Assembly: GCF_030684315.1 (NCBI RefSeq)
Contig: NC_081396.1
Coordinates: 1,302,001 to 1,366,000 of the forward strand
Length of the DNA stretch: 64,000 bases
Origin: Stegostoma tigrinum
Taxonomy: Eukaryota
Direction of reading: 5' to 3'
Shown here: positions 1 through 11,969 of the stretch, one piece after another
Layout: each line of letters begins with the position of its first letter
Numbering within the stretch: the stretch's first letter is position 1
Made by a program: the position numbers and the translations under genes
Notes under the pieces: model-generated
The model's input: the letters and a program-made list of their open reading frames with translations, nothing else
What the model was told of the DNA's origin: nothing
Databases searched by the model: none

Positions 1-1048
1 TTTTGAATGAAGAATGGAGCAGGATCGAAAGATGTACCTGTTTCCTCCCGCTGCTAGTTATAGTGTTACCGATTTTGATTTGTTTCACAGTCGTAAGCGT
101 CAACATTAACAATAATCCAGTTCTGTCTGGAACTCTTCAACTGTCTGAAGTATGCAATCTCGAGTGGACTTTAGGCTGTGAATGTGTTGAAAACAGAAAC
201 ATGATGAAGAGAAATGTGCTGCAGGTTCCATCATGCTGAATGTGCAATTCAATGTGATTATGGGTGAGGATAAGCTTCAACATTAGATTCCTGTGTATTT
301 TCCCCGTTCCTTGATTCCCTAAGATTTTGGATTTTTACACTTATTTGTCTTGTTTGTTTTCCATGGAATCTTCAAATTTATAAGACTCACAACTCTTTGA
401 TTTTTAATCTATCTCTAACAAAATAAATCTGGTTCTCAAAATTTCAGCTAACTTTTTTAACTGACTGACTCCTTTGGAACTCATGATGGAATCATTGGAA
501 ACATGAAGGGTTTTTTTGGAATTCTTTTCTCAGAAACTAAATTGTCTGTTAGAAATTGAAATGAAATTATGGCCTTTGTTAGTGGTAATCCAGAGTGGAT
601 AATTGTTGTTTTTTTTTCATTATACTAGGTTTATCAATGCTGAGATTTTCATGGACCTTGATGTTAATTGCACTGCTCCCAGTCTCCTTTGTTTGGAAGT
701 AGTTGTTTTTTGACATGTCAACACTTCATTTGGTTCAGATTGTTACTTTGCATGCATTATCTTGATTATCTCCTCAAGTTCTCTATGATTTGTCATTCCT
801 AAATATCATCCTGATTTTTGTTCTGATCCTTGCTTTAGCAAAATGATGTTTCCATTCTAATCAGCCAGATCCTAATTCTGTTTCTCCTTGTCCGTTAAAT
901 TAAACGAATATCTGCCCAAATGATTGCTGCACAGGATCCGAGTGATGCATGTATATCAGTTGAACAACTCTTATGGCACTAACGCCTGACTTTGTTTGTA
1001 CGATGCATGATATATTAGCAGTAAGTCACTCAATGCGATATTTTTTAC

Positions 1049-1113
1049 ATTTCACTGGGTGCTGTGACAGTTCAATGAGCCAGTTTTATATTTCACTGGG
1101 TGCTGTGACAGTT
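1049..1113 (+). repeat. 24-bp direct repeat ATTTCACTGGGTGCTGTGACAGTT x2
   Basis: Exact copies at 1049..1072 and 1090..1113; also exact at 17330..17353 and 17371..17394 in copy B. Confidence 0.9.
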
Positions 1114-1145
1114 TGTATGAAAGTAGACGAGGCAATTGGTTATAA

Positions 1146-1260
1146 GAGATAACAACGTGAGGAGCTCGATGATCTAAGATGCTGCATCTTCTGCTGTGTT
1201 CATCCAGCTCTATACTTTGTTATCTTGAATTCTCCAGCATCTACAGTTCCCATTATCTCG
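1146..1260 (+). mobile_element. Short Penelope-like element terminus with inverted end (also ~17426..17541)
   Basis: gctgtgttcatccagc...ttctccagcatctacagttcccattatctc matches the 3' tail of the PLE at 53730..53797; begins with inverted gagataacaa; flanked by ggcaattgg on both sides. Confidence 0.75.
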
Positions 1261-2353
1261 GGCAATTGGGTATGCTGCTCATACCTTTTATACAGTACAT
1301 ACAGCATTAGGTCATGTGCTTCCCAGTATTACAGCTACCCTCTATACAGTTCATTTTAAACCTCCAGCATTATTATTTGTATTGATTTTGGGACTTGCGC
1401 AGTTAATGCAATGCTGTAACTCGTTAGGATGATCCTGCTTCTACACTGTTCTGAATGGGGATCATTGAGTATATTATGTGACCGTGCCATTTTTCTATTC
1501 TACAGTAGGCCCTGTCCCAATAAGCACTGTGCCAGGTCACTATTTTACAGGCTAATCACATGATGTTCCACGCTCATTCAAGAGGTCGACATGATTGTCC
1601 TTATCCTGTGCTAAACCTTGTCTTAATTGTTGAGGATGGAGAACCAGTTCCGTTATAAATGATATCCTGCACGTCTCCAGCTTATCAGTTATTGCAGGAG
1701 AGCATTTACCTCTCCACGTTGCAATTTCAGTTTCACGTTAGCCAGGAGCCTTGATGCTAAATTTCCAAACCAGTTTTCAGCTGATATTACAGAAGATGAT
1801 TTCCTTTTTCTTGTTAATTCATCAAAAGCTATTGTAACAAGAACTCAGAAGCTGGACATGAGAATTTGAGATTTTTACTCCTTTTTCTGCAGAGAAACAA
1901 ATTAATCACTGTCCACGTTCTGCACCTTTTCCACGTGCTGGAAGTTCACACATGATTTTCCCTCCCATCTGTGAAAACGTATTTTCAAATATTTCAGATC
2001 GAAACCGTTTGAATAGTTAACATTATATCTTTGAACATGAAATCGCTGAGACATGAATTCCAAAAATGAACTTAACTTAGACCTGAAAGCAAGACATATT
2101 TTTTTAAGATGACAACGGTGGGAAAGATGGATTGAAAGTGAGGACGAGACTTCAACTTGGAATCTCCCATAAACTGGTCCAGTGATGTAACCGTAAAATT
2201 ATGGTTTCTGCCATCAGTGTATGGGGAGAAGGCTGTGTCAAAACGCAGAATTTGCATCCCTCTGTTGTCCCATGAATACAATCACTCCATAAATGTTTTT
2301 TATAGAAAATAAGTTGGACTTTCTATTCACTGAGCTGTAAGGTAAGTGTTGTG

Positions 2354-2421
2354 AAATTAACGGCTTCTCTGGAGACTCTCGTTTGGAATAAATGTAGGAT
2401 GATTTCAAAGTGCCACAAAGC
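2354..2421 (+). promoter_or_regulatory. Putative proximal promoter of GPCR gene A (AAATTAA; TCTCTGGAGA; GGAATAAATG TATA-like; GTGCCACAAAG)
   Basis: Same motifs in the same order and spacing upstream of the diverged gene C (36970..37036, minus strand); AATAAA lies 78-79 nt before the ATG in both. Function is inference. Confidence 0.5.
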
Positions 2422-2464
2422 AACTGTCTGCAGCTTTGGGAACATCTATATCTTCTGAAGAACG

Positions 2465-2534
2465 ATGCATGCGCCAGCAAATGGACCTTTCTTTGCCATT
2501 TGCTATCCTATTCTCGCTGCTATTGGTGCACCTG
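2465..2534 (+). CDS. GPR139/GPR142-like class A GPCR gene A, coding exon 1 (MHAPANGPFFAICYPILAAIGAP + G, phase-1 donor gtaaaa at 2535)
   Basis: 70-nt exon encoding the N-terminus and first half of TM1; homologous exons at 18747 and 36924; splices in frame to 5773 to give GAP-A-NLL. Confidence 0.9.
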
Positions 2535-3711
2535 GTAAAACAACGAATCCGCTGAAGTGTTTGTGTTTGGCAAATTTCTAACATTTTGTATTTTCTCGTT
2601 CTTTATCAGGATATTTTTACGTGTTCAGTTCATTTTCATGTTCAGCACTGTCTGGGCATAAGGAATTCAATCAGAACAACAGTGTAAATGAGAGTGATAG
2701 ACAATAGAATAGCATGCTATGATAAATTATGGCCTGTTTCTTGGAATAGATTTATTAGTGACTACAATGAATTATTTCTTTTATCTTGTCACATATTTAT
2801 GGTTTAGATAGTTGAAATATATTCTTATTCGTAAAATGATTGATGCCAAGGATATAGAAAATAGACAAACAAAAGAAAAAAAAAACAGCTTCTCTAAAGC
2901 CGTAAAATTGATATGGTAAAGGTAGTGTTCATTCAGCGAGTTGGTGAGATTGAGTTTTAATACTTGACAGCATGACACCGGCACGTTCAGTCAATGGTTC
3001 AAAAGAGAACTGAATGTTCACTTCAAAATTAACAATATAAAGCATGACGTGCAGATGATATATAGTTGCATTTAGTGAGATGATCATTTAAAGAGGCAGT
3101 CTTGATGTTATTGTCCGAATGCCCTCATTAATTGCTGCAGCCAGTCAGCATACAAAAACAACTTATTATACTGTTCACCACTCGGATTTCATAAAGCACA
3201 CGAAATTGTATTCCAGTACATTCAGCATAATGTCGTATTATTGCAGTATAAAATGCAATTTCGTGCCGTAATGTCAGTGCAAGATAAAAATATTACACAA
3301 CACAATCCTGATTTTTTTTTTGTTTTTCTCTGTGTCACAATGCGATTTAAGGAAGGATTCATCTGTTTTAGTCTTCTTTGCTAATATAATATTGAACATT
3401 AAGTATGGAAATGCTTGAAAGTGGCAAGTTCAGATGTATGATTTATTTCGTAAATTCTTGTATCTTTTATCCTGTCCTGTTACGACATGCACTTTGAGTT
3501 GTTCTTTTGGAAATTAGTGTTTGGGATCATCAGCAGGTTGTCATGTGATCTGACAAGGTCAATATTCGTTGGTTGCAGCCAGCTTCTACTTGAGAAATTC
3601 GAATTGCTCTCTTTGCTCAGCCACTGCAAGTAATTTACTGGAGATGGTTCACAAAGCATTCTTTTTTAGATCAAGCCTAAATGACACATAATGAGTGAGC
3701 GAGTGATAGAG

Positions 3712-3715
3712 ATAG

Positions 3716-3797
<82 letters not shown>
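3712..3797 (+). repeat. (GA)n microsatellite in the gene A intron
   Basis: Direct sequence; the homologous position in copy B is the N gap 19998..20136. Confidence 0.98.
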
Positions 3798-3800
<3 letters not shown>

Positions 3801-4414
3801 TCAACAGCTTCACAATCAAAAAGATAGCAGTTCAACAACTTTATCTAGAGAAGAGACGACTTGCGTGGAAACGTTAGTGATAACTGGAGATAAAGGGAAA
3901 AAAATCAGCAGCAGAAATCAATTACAGCTTGTTACTTCATTAAAGAGCCAACATATGACATCACTGGAAAATTGATAGGTGTTTGTCAGATTTTTCTTCG
4001 TAGTGTTACCATTAGCTGACTGGCTAAAAAATAAAGGACACCTTACTATAACTGGAGAATATAGTTAAGACAATCACTTTTTATTTGTTGAAAGTGGACG
4101 GCAATAAAATGAACAGCGATGCTTCAGCTGGAGACATACTGTCGTTTCACCATTTGAAAGATGTTGGATACCAGGGTACCAAGCGTTATTTTTCGAACAG
4201 CGTTGGGGAGTTAGAGGCTGAGCTGCCGGCACTGCAACTCATCAGGGAGGGGAATGCTTCAAACACTGTGTCAGCAGTCAATCGTCCTCAGATACTGAAG
4301 CAAGTGCCTGTGAGTAGGAAGACATGAGGATACAGAATTTAGATTTGCAGGAGCATCACTAGTATCATTATACTGTAAGCTGAGAATTTTGTTCTCAGAA
4401 TGGACAATGTCACT

Positions 4415-4500
4415 TCACCTGATGAAGTGGCAGTGTACGAAAGCTTATGATGTCATGTAAAACTGTTGGACAATGACCTGGTGTCGAGTAAATTGTGATT
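4415..4500 (+). mobile_element. Degenerate PLE-derived tail with hammerhead-like core (also ~20740..20830)
   Basis: cacCTGATGAagtggcagtgtacGAAAgctta...ctgttggacaatgacctggtgtc; same family as 11760..11885. Confidence 0.6.
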
Positions 4501-5772
4501 TTGGCGAGTTGTTACTTTAAATTAGCCTAAACTGAACGTATGTATTTCTTGCAAAAGACGAGGGTTAACTTCCACTCCGCCTCAATAACCCATTCGTGGA
4601 AAAGTTTAGAGACGTTTAATTAAACATTTCAGACAAGCTCTTGCACACTGCTGGATTAGTTCGCATTAAGTCCATGCTTTATGTTCGACAGAAATAGGAA
4701 CACTATCATGCTGCCCTAACATAAAGCATTAAGGACAATTCATAATTTGGTATGAGAATAATTTTCTGACAAATGACTGAAATCTTTGGAGACCAGTCAG
4801 AAGATAACAAGAAGTAATAGGAGTGAAATGATTATGTTAAGGAAAATTGAACATTCATGCAATGTCGACTGTCTGAGAGTGATCATGCATTTTCATGTGT
4901 TGTCCAAACAATTGAACCTCGAAGATAAGAATGCTTATAATGCGACGCATAGCCACACAACAGAACATTTACTGAACAATGATACACAAAATCACGCACA
5001 GAACAAGTAGACCAGACAAAAGAACTGCATTCAAATGAACAGAATAAGTCATATTCGGCCTCTCAGCTGAAAAATTTTGAGCCAATGTGTGAAGCGTTGG
5101 ATCTGTTGGTGTTTCAGCTGTTTTAAGTGTCTCCTAATTGTGATGAACATAAAAAAAGATGAAAAATGTTCCGATGCGCAGTGTATTCCAATAACTAGTC
5201 AATTCCGATTTAAAAAGTCCTGACAACTTTTCTCCCCAATATATCCCAGATAAATCCACCAGGAGATACAAAAAAAAGTGCTCATTTGTTTGCTCCAGTA
5301 TGTACCAGTGGACAATGATACTTTACTTCAGTGTTCGGGAAAATGTGAAATTGAGAATTCCCGCGCTCATAAGTGAGCATGAGATGGTCAGAAGAAAAAA
5401 AAATTACCGATGATTCCCTGGAAAGTCAATGGGCTTCAATGGGCGGATATTTGAAGTATAAATGGAATGTTTTATGGTAATGGGTATGGATAACCATGGC
5501 TTCCATTATTTTAAATTTGATAACTAGCCACATTAATTATCTTTCTGAATAGAGAACTAGGTGTGTGGTGATGATTTATTGGATTGTGTCTTGTACTGGC
5601 AAGTGATCAACCGAATGTGAGTTTTGAGATAATTAACCATGGCACAGTTGGTGTCTCAAGGAGGAAAACGTATGGAAGAGGAAGATTACAGCTAAGGATT
5701 GTTTGAGGACGACTGCTAAAGCTGCATGGAAGAATTATATTGTTTTGTCACAGTTCTTTTCATTTAATGCAG

Positions 5773-6674
5773 CAAATTTGCTGGCGATTATAATCCTATC
5801 ACGAGGTCGGTGTGGACTGTCTTGTTGCATCACCTACTACCTGGTGGCCATAGCGGTGGCTGATTTCAATGTCGTCATCATTGGGTGCATCCTCAACAGG
5901 ATTGGCCGGATTTATTTTCGAGACAGTGTACTTTCCACCACCCTTGCATGTAGGCTCAGCACCATGCTGATTTTTACAATACGGGATAGCTCAGTCTGGT
6001 TGACAGTGGCCTTCACTTTCGACCGTTTTGTGGCCATCTGTCACCAGAGGCTGAACATTAGGTACTGCACTCATAGAACTGCATCAGTGGTCATCGGAAT
6101 CATATGTACCCTGAGCTGTATCAAGAACACCCCTTTTTACTTCATCTTTAGCCCATTGTACACACTGGATGGTGTGCCCTGGTTCTGCATTATCAAGTCA
6201 ATCTATTATATTTTACCAATTTGGAAGGCCTACGATTGGCTGGACCATATCTTAGTTCCCTTTCTCCCATTCCTCCTTATTCTGTTATTCAATTCCCTAA
6301 CTGTAAGTAGCATATTAGCAGCCAGCAGAGCTCGCAAAAGGATCAGGGGCGCTCAGAATCGAGGAGACCAGGAGACGTCCAATCGCAAGAAGTCCATTGT
6401 TCTGCTGTTCACCATCTCTCTAAGTTTTCTCCTCCTATGGGCCATCCAAGTTGTACATTTCCTTTACGTGCGTATTCCAGGAAAGGCTTACTTGTCTGGT
6501 TTGGATTTTAATGACCCTGATTACCTTCTTCAAGAGGCGACCGACATGCTCCAGATTATGAATTCCTGCAACAATGTCTTCCTCTACGCAGTGACTCAGA
6601 AAAGGTTTAGAGCGGAATTGAAGAGGCTGCTGATGTGCCCCATTGACACTGTCACCAGTCGCTATAAGGAATGA
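5773..6674 (+). CDS. GPR139/GPR142-like class A GPCR gene A, coding exon 2 (spliced protein 323 aa, intact)
   Basis: Acceptor tttaatgcag at 5772; open frame with 7TM motifs: ANLLAIIIL (N1.50), YLVAIAVAD, TM3 Cys, WLTVAFTFDRFVAIC, ECL2 WFC, PFLLILLFN, LLFTISLSFLLLW, NNVFLY, helix 8 KRFRAEL; stop TGA at 6672..6674. Confidence 0.93.
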
Positions 6675-6920
6675 AAACTGACCAAACCTCATCATGTTGT
6701 TTTTCTTCCATGAAGAAAGCTCGGTTTGGGAAGTTTCTCTGAAATCACTAGGAAGTTTTTAAATCATGTGTTCACTATTCATGCTGCCAGCCCCAGCATT
6801 GCCATGTTGCAAATACTAAACAGATTCTGAAAGAATTGAGTCACTGCATGACTAAATAAGATCCCCAGTGTCAATAATAAAACATTTGATTTTCACCATT
6901 TCAGAAGAAAACAAGATTTC

Positions 6921-6926
6921 AATAAA
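6921..6926 (+). terminator. Candidate polyadenylation signal AATAAA for gene A
   Basis: ~250 nt after the stop; conserved in copy B at 23239..23244; a second AATAAA at 6876..6881. Confidence 0.4.
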
Positions 6927-7607
6927 TGTTCTGAGTCATTACCCATTACTCATCCAACACCACTGAAGGTGAAAGATTTTCTGCTTACTTGTATGATTAA
7001 CTGTTGAGTTATTAATGTTCTTGGCATGTTATATGTCACGTTTACTGCTTCCAACAGAAATTGCTTTCATTGGATTCAATGACTTGCTGATACAACAACA
7101 CTTTAAAACAGAGAGTTAAAGTGTTCGTTGCTATGAGTTCTCCAATTGTAGTTATCCTTTAACAAGTATTATTGCTCAGCCTTTACCGAGGTGTGTTAAG
7201 ATCTTACACATTGTTGTGCATCTTGTAAGTCTTGTGCATGTCTTTTCTGAAGGTGCATTGGAAAATAACTTGGTGATTGCGCTGTCAACGTTTCAGGGAA
7301 TATATCCCAATTCAACGCTTTTTGACTCAAAATCAATTCTGCAGCTTCGATGTTGATGTGCAATCTCAAAAGCCTCAAATAGGCGGTATCATCACTGCAC
7401 CAAATTGTACCCTAATACACACTTACTTCACTGAAAATAATTCCAGTGTTTCGAACGGTTCCTCAGCACACTTTGATATGAATAGATTCCTGGAGGTGTT
7501 CTGGAATATTGTCCCCTGTTTCTATGTACCAGGTCATTCTGTTGAAGTTTTTTTTCTCAAGTTGTCCTGCTGTCGGTAGTCCAGCCGTAAACGTGTATTC
7601 CCATACT

Positions 7608-8000
7608 ATGGCTCTATGCATTTTCATTCTTCTGGGAACGTGAATCAAAACTGACATTTTCAACAACGAAACAAAAACGAAAATAAAAACAACATTAAAC
7701 ATATTCAGCGAAAGCAAGTGCCTCTCACTCTTGCAGTTAAGCAAGGTTATTTTAACTCCACGCACACTAACTTTGACAATAACAAGAGCGGTGTGGGCAC
7801 GGCGACACTTCCAGAGAAGTGAATATCGAGGCCTCACCCAAGAAATGAGCGAAGTGTAAGAACAAGAGTATCCAATATGAGGTTAAATCCATTGAACATG
7901 AGATTATGAATCTCAACGATGAAGGATGGAGTGAACCAATCTGACTAAAGCCACAAACCTGATCACAGACAGATAAATCTTTGAATGCAGTATGAGATAA
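7608..8000 (+). pseudogene. Weak V-segment relic with leader (copy B ~23925..24310)
   Basis: ATG-led hydrophobic leader MALCIFILLG, gt at 7640, ctcttgcag acceptor at 7736, VILT.., 3' LTKATNLITDR*IFECSMR resembling LTI..L...D.A.YYC. Manual, many gaps. Confidence 0.3.
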
Positions 8001-8493
8001 ATAATTCGAATCCCAAAAAGCCAGGGTACCAATACTTTTTGTTCAATCATGAACATTATTCACAGCTTCTGCTCCTAAAAGCTGGAAGTCCTGAAAAAAA
8101 CAACTTTGATATACATTTTCTTTTGTCTTTTTCCCCCCCGGATTTCATATTAGTCTGATAATAGTCTAATATTTAAAGCAGACGACCTTAAAAATACATA
8201 TCAATTATAATTACTAACCTGATGAAGAAAGAAATTATTCACTAATAGAGATACCATATTGGTTAATTTCATATTTGCAAATCTGCTTCTCATCCAATGA
8301 ACTAATTATGTTAGGAATAGATTGAGAACCTGCCTTTTATTCATCAGTGTCGTGTGGGCATTAGATAAGTTCTGCTCTGATGTGCATGCTAGATATAGAT
8401 ACTGTGATGCCTTGTAATCTGAAATGAATGTACAATGCTGCATGGAAACTCAATTGTTTTGAAAACATTAGAACATGTCTGAAGAAGATTAAT

Positions 8494-8836
8494 ATTGGAG
8501 TCACAACATTAGTTCTGTTCATCTCTCCACAGATAATGAAATAAATTATGAGTTTTTCGAGCACCCTTTGCTTTATTTTATATTTCAGGCATCCACAGGA
8601 TTGTTTTGAATAAATCAATATTCACATTGAATCTTACCGTCGCGTTTGGTACGTTCTTGAAAATGTGTGTCATTGACCTGCAGTATTGTCGCACAAAAGT
8701 CCGATTTCTGTTCACTTTATATTTAAGCAAAGCTTACTTTTCGACCAAAGCTATTTTAAAGAAAACAGTGAATCCCACAAATGTTCTGTTGACTTCATGT
8801 TCATGTCATATACACTCCCTTAATTGCGGATCAAGG
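8494..8836 (+). pseudogene. Decayed Ig/TCR V segment with leader (copy B 24802..25144)
   Basis: Leader MGATTLVLFISP (copy B), degenerate donor ataatg, tttcag acceptor at 8588 then (G)IHRIVLNKS...LKMC; copy B end tcatatacactaccttactgtcggatgaagg is SDTATYYC-x-MK with one substitution and two small deletions. Confidence 0.45.
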
Positions 8837-8865
8837 TGCCAAAGGATCGCAGACGTTTTCAGCAA

Positions 8866-9005
8866 GAGTCAATAAATGTGGAGCTAGAAAAAGAACGTCG
8901 GCCAGACAGCACCCGAGGAGAAGCAATTCAATATTCCGTGCAGAAACACTTCTTGGTTGCTGTCTGGCCTGCTGTATTTTCCCAGTTCCAGATTTATTGA
9001 CTTTG
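8866..9005. mobile_element. Fold-back PLE-terminus element, ~45-bp imperfect inverted arms (copy B ~25173..25315)
   Basis: agtcaataaatgtggagctagaaaa..ggccagacagca versus tgctgtctggcc..ttttcccagttccagatttattgact. Confidence 0.7.
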
Positions 9006-9442
9006 AATAAAACTCGCGGCGATGTAGGTTTTCAAATTTGTCACCTGAGTTTGACCATCACTCTGATATATGCTTTTCTTCTTGCTTTGTGAACTATCAC
9101 AATAGGTGGATCCTGGAGTCTCCAGCTACTGAATGTTGCCAAAACTGTTGTTTAAAACAGAAAAAAAAACTGACCGGCAGGGTTAATGAGAAATGTTGGA
9201 ACATGATGCATCTTGGCTACAAATCACGCCATAATGCATCGGAAAGTATGTCAGAATTCCCTGCTTTTGTTTCTGGAATCATTGTATCATTTTAATCTAT
9301 CAATATTGATGCACATCTTAGCGTTTAAATTGTGACGAAGGTGCGAAGGTAATGGTTTTACTCCACACAAATTTGAATACTGCCTAATGGTTTTATGCCC
9401 ACACCATACATTAAAAACGCAGTCACAGCACCATTTGCATGG

Positions 9443-9725
9443 NNNNNNNNNNNNNNNNNNNNNNNNNNNNNNNNNNNNNNNNNNNNNNNNNNNNNNNNNN
9501 NNNNNNNNNNNNNNNNNNNNNNNNNNNNNNNNNNNNNNNNNNNNNNNNNNNNNNNNNNNNNNNNNNNNNNNNNNNNNNNNNNNNNNNNNNNNNNNNNNNN
9601 NNNNNNNNNNNNNNNNNNNNNNNNNNNNNNNNNNNNNNNNNNNNNNNNNNNNNNNNNNNNNNNNNNNNNNNNNNNNNNNNNNNNNNNNNNNNNNNNNNNN
9701 NNNNNNNNNNNNNNNNNNNNNNNNN
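9443..9725. other. Assembly gap (N) next to a (CA)n tract
   Basis: Run of N followed by (CA)n at ~9735..9790. Confidence 0.99.
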
Positions 9726-9742
9726 GCATGCGTGCGCACACA

Positions 9743-9782
<40 letters not shown>

Positions 9783-9800
9783 CACACAGACAGACAAACA
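9726..9800 (+). repeat. (CA)n microsatellite
   Basis: Direct sequence. Confidence 0.95.
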
Positions 9801-10049
9801 CAAACCTTTTATTATCATTGCCTATTCATGACCCCACCAGACACTGATGGGAAATTATGCAAAATTTGACCCAGCTGAGCTACGTGATTCCTTGTCCATG
9901 TATAACCTGCTTTGGATTCATGGTGGTGAAGACAATCTCTCCATCGCAAACCATTGCTGTAAGTTGATGTAAGATGAAACTCCCTCCAAAAAGGGTGGAA
10001 ACATCTCTTTGGTTGTACTGTTGCATTGTAAGTTGAGGAATTGATGGAA

Positions 10050-11600
10050 AATGATATGTTGGATGTGGCGGTTGGGAGGGTGAGATGTAACGACTTTATT
10101 TTCGTTTTGGGGAGGGAATGTGAGGGCAGAAGTGGAGGAAACACAAGAGATAAGTTTGTGGACATTTTTGATATCCAGAGAAGGAAGTTACAGTCTGTGA
10201 AATGTGAGGATATCTGGGGCATGTGGGAGAGACCCATGTAGAAATTCAACACTACAGAGGGGGAAGAATTGGGAGTATGGCATATCGTTATTGCAGGAAG
10301 GTGGGTGATCCGGAGATCGAGCCTGGATAACAGTGGGATTAGGTGATTTTGAAACAGATGCCAGGTTCGAGGCAGACACTAGAGATGGAGACAGAGAGGT
10401 TCAAGAAGGAGATGGAGATATTGGAGTTGGTCTCGGTGATTGTGAGGATGGTGCAAAAGCTGTTAGTAAAGTTGAAGAACTGTGCGAGCTCCTCCTGGAA
10501 GCACGAGGCAACACCGATGCTGTCATCAACATAACATAGGAAGTGGTGATCGAAAATGCCAGTGTAGCAACGGAAGAGGGACTGCTACACTTATTCTACA
10601 AAATGACAGGCATAGTCTGGGCCCATGTACGTGCTCTCGTCCACTGCCATAGTCTGTCGAAAGTGGGAGGATTTAAAGGAGAAGTTGTTAAGTGTAAGGA
10701 TGAGGTTGTTGAAGTGGATGAGGGTGTTTGTGCTGGGGACAAGGGTAGAGGGAATGATTATGCATCGTCAACATGAGGTCTGCGGGAATCAGGAATTTGG
10801 AAGAGGTGGAGAGCACAGGTGGTGTTCGAGAAATGGATGGGTTTTCTTGGACCGGGCGAGAAATCCAGAATCTGCGGAAGCAGATACAAGTTTCATTGGA
10901 GCAGAAGGAGGCAGAGACAATGGGTCGGTTGGGGAAGTTAGGTTCACAGATTCTGGGAAGCAGATGGAAACGGGGGGCGTGGCGTTGTGGAATGGTCAGT
11001 GTGGAGTTTGTGTGCGTGAGGTCACCTCGTGTGATGAGGTTGTGATTGATTTGAGAGATGTTAGTTTGTTGGCCTGGCGTGAGGACATGATTGAGGTGCT
11101 TCTGGGAGCAGGTCTCAGTGAGTTGGCACTGGGAGCGCAAATTTAAATTTCACTGCACCATACTACAACTGTGCCTTCATTAACTGTGGGTTTGAATGTG
11201 AGTCGAGCGTTAGATTGAAGGGAACGGAGGGTGGCACGTTCCGATGGAGAGAGGTTGAAGTGAATGACCCAGGTGGAGAGGTTTATGTGATCGATTTTGT
11301 GACGACAGTTGGAAATGAGGAGGTCAAGGGAGGGTAGGAGGCCATGGGGTGGTGTGCTGGAGGAATTCCTACACCTCCATTGCATTTGTTCCTCACATGC
11401 GGCGTTCCACTCACGCACCTCCCAGATGCCCACTGGTTTGTATGTATATCCTTCTGGAGGAGTACCTTGCAGTGAAGGTAAGCATTATAACTTAGGATCA
11501 AACATGGATCAAGTTCTCGGTTATTCAGGCGAACTCCTGCATAAGTGGAAGGATTGTTGTGTGCCTTAAAATGGAGGTGTGGGTAGAGCAGTAACATTAA
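10050..11600 (-). mobile_element. Decayed, internally rearranged Penelope-like retroelement (RT and GIY-YIG fragments)
   Basis: Minus-strand HPPSCNNDMPYSQF matches HPPSCKNSIPYSQFL of the young PLE at 52.5 kb; LSPSERATLRSLQSNARLTFKP and IPQRHAPRFHLLPRI..PNRPIVS are PLE RT motifs; a small + strand piece (ICSSHAAFHSRTSQM, ~11380..11430) indicates an inversion. Confidence 0.85.
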
Positions 11601-11671
11601 GTGACTGGAAGGTAATGACATTTTCCAATTAGAAAACTGAAAGTATATTGTCTTTCACCATTTCGAGCATT

Positions 11672-11885
11672 AGTACTCAGAGTTCATACAAGACCAGATT
11701 AAAATCCAAGTGATTTTAGAAATCACAAGCTTTCTAGCGTTGCTGCTTCATCAGGAGCCTTCAACCGCTGAAGAAGCAGCCATTTGAAAGCATATGACTT
11801 CAAATGAACCAGTTGGATTGTAATCTGTTGTGTTGTGACTTCTGACTTTGCCGACACCAGCCAAACACTGGCACCTCCAAATCAT
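11672..11885. mobile_element. Head-to-head pair of PLE tails, each with a degenerate hammerhead core (copy B ~27755..27970)
   Basis: Minus CTGATGA at 11748..11754 and plus CTGAAGA at 11768..11774, each followed by GAAAGC and a shared downstream tail. Confidence 0.65.
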
Positions 11886-11969
11886 GTAAAATTAATTCTG
11901 AACGAATGCAGAACTCAATGTGCTTATGTTGGCTTGTACATTCCTTGTGTTGAATTTAACTTGATCACC

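Noticed and set aside
1049-1113. CRISPR-like repeat-spacer
   Set aside because: Only two copies with a 17-nt spacer, in vertebrate DNA with no cas genes.
3691-3975. ORF with an ERERER tract, and ORFs spanning N gaps or (CA)n
   Set aside because: Artefacts of microsatellites and assembly gaps.
5703-5772. N-terminal MRTTAKAAWKNYIVLSQFFSFN of the 323-aa ORF as a single-exon start
   Set aside because: It starts at TTG and lies in the intron's polypyrimidine/acceptor region; a conserved ATG exon at 2465 supplies the real N-terminus in all three paralogues.
6435-6695. Antisense ORFs over the GPCR exons (also 22752..23012, 32633..32866, 13450..13791)
   Set aside because: Shadow frames of coding sequence with no independent evidence.
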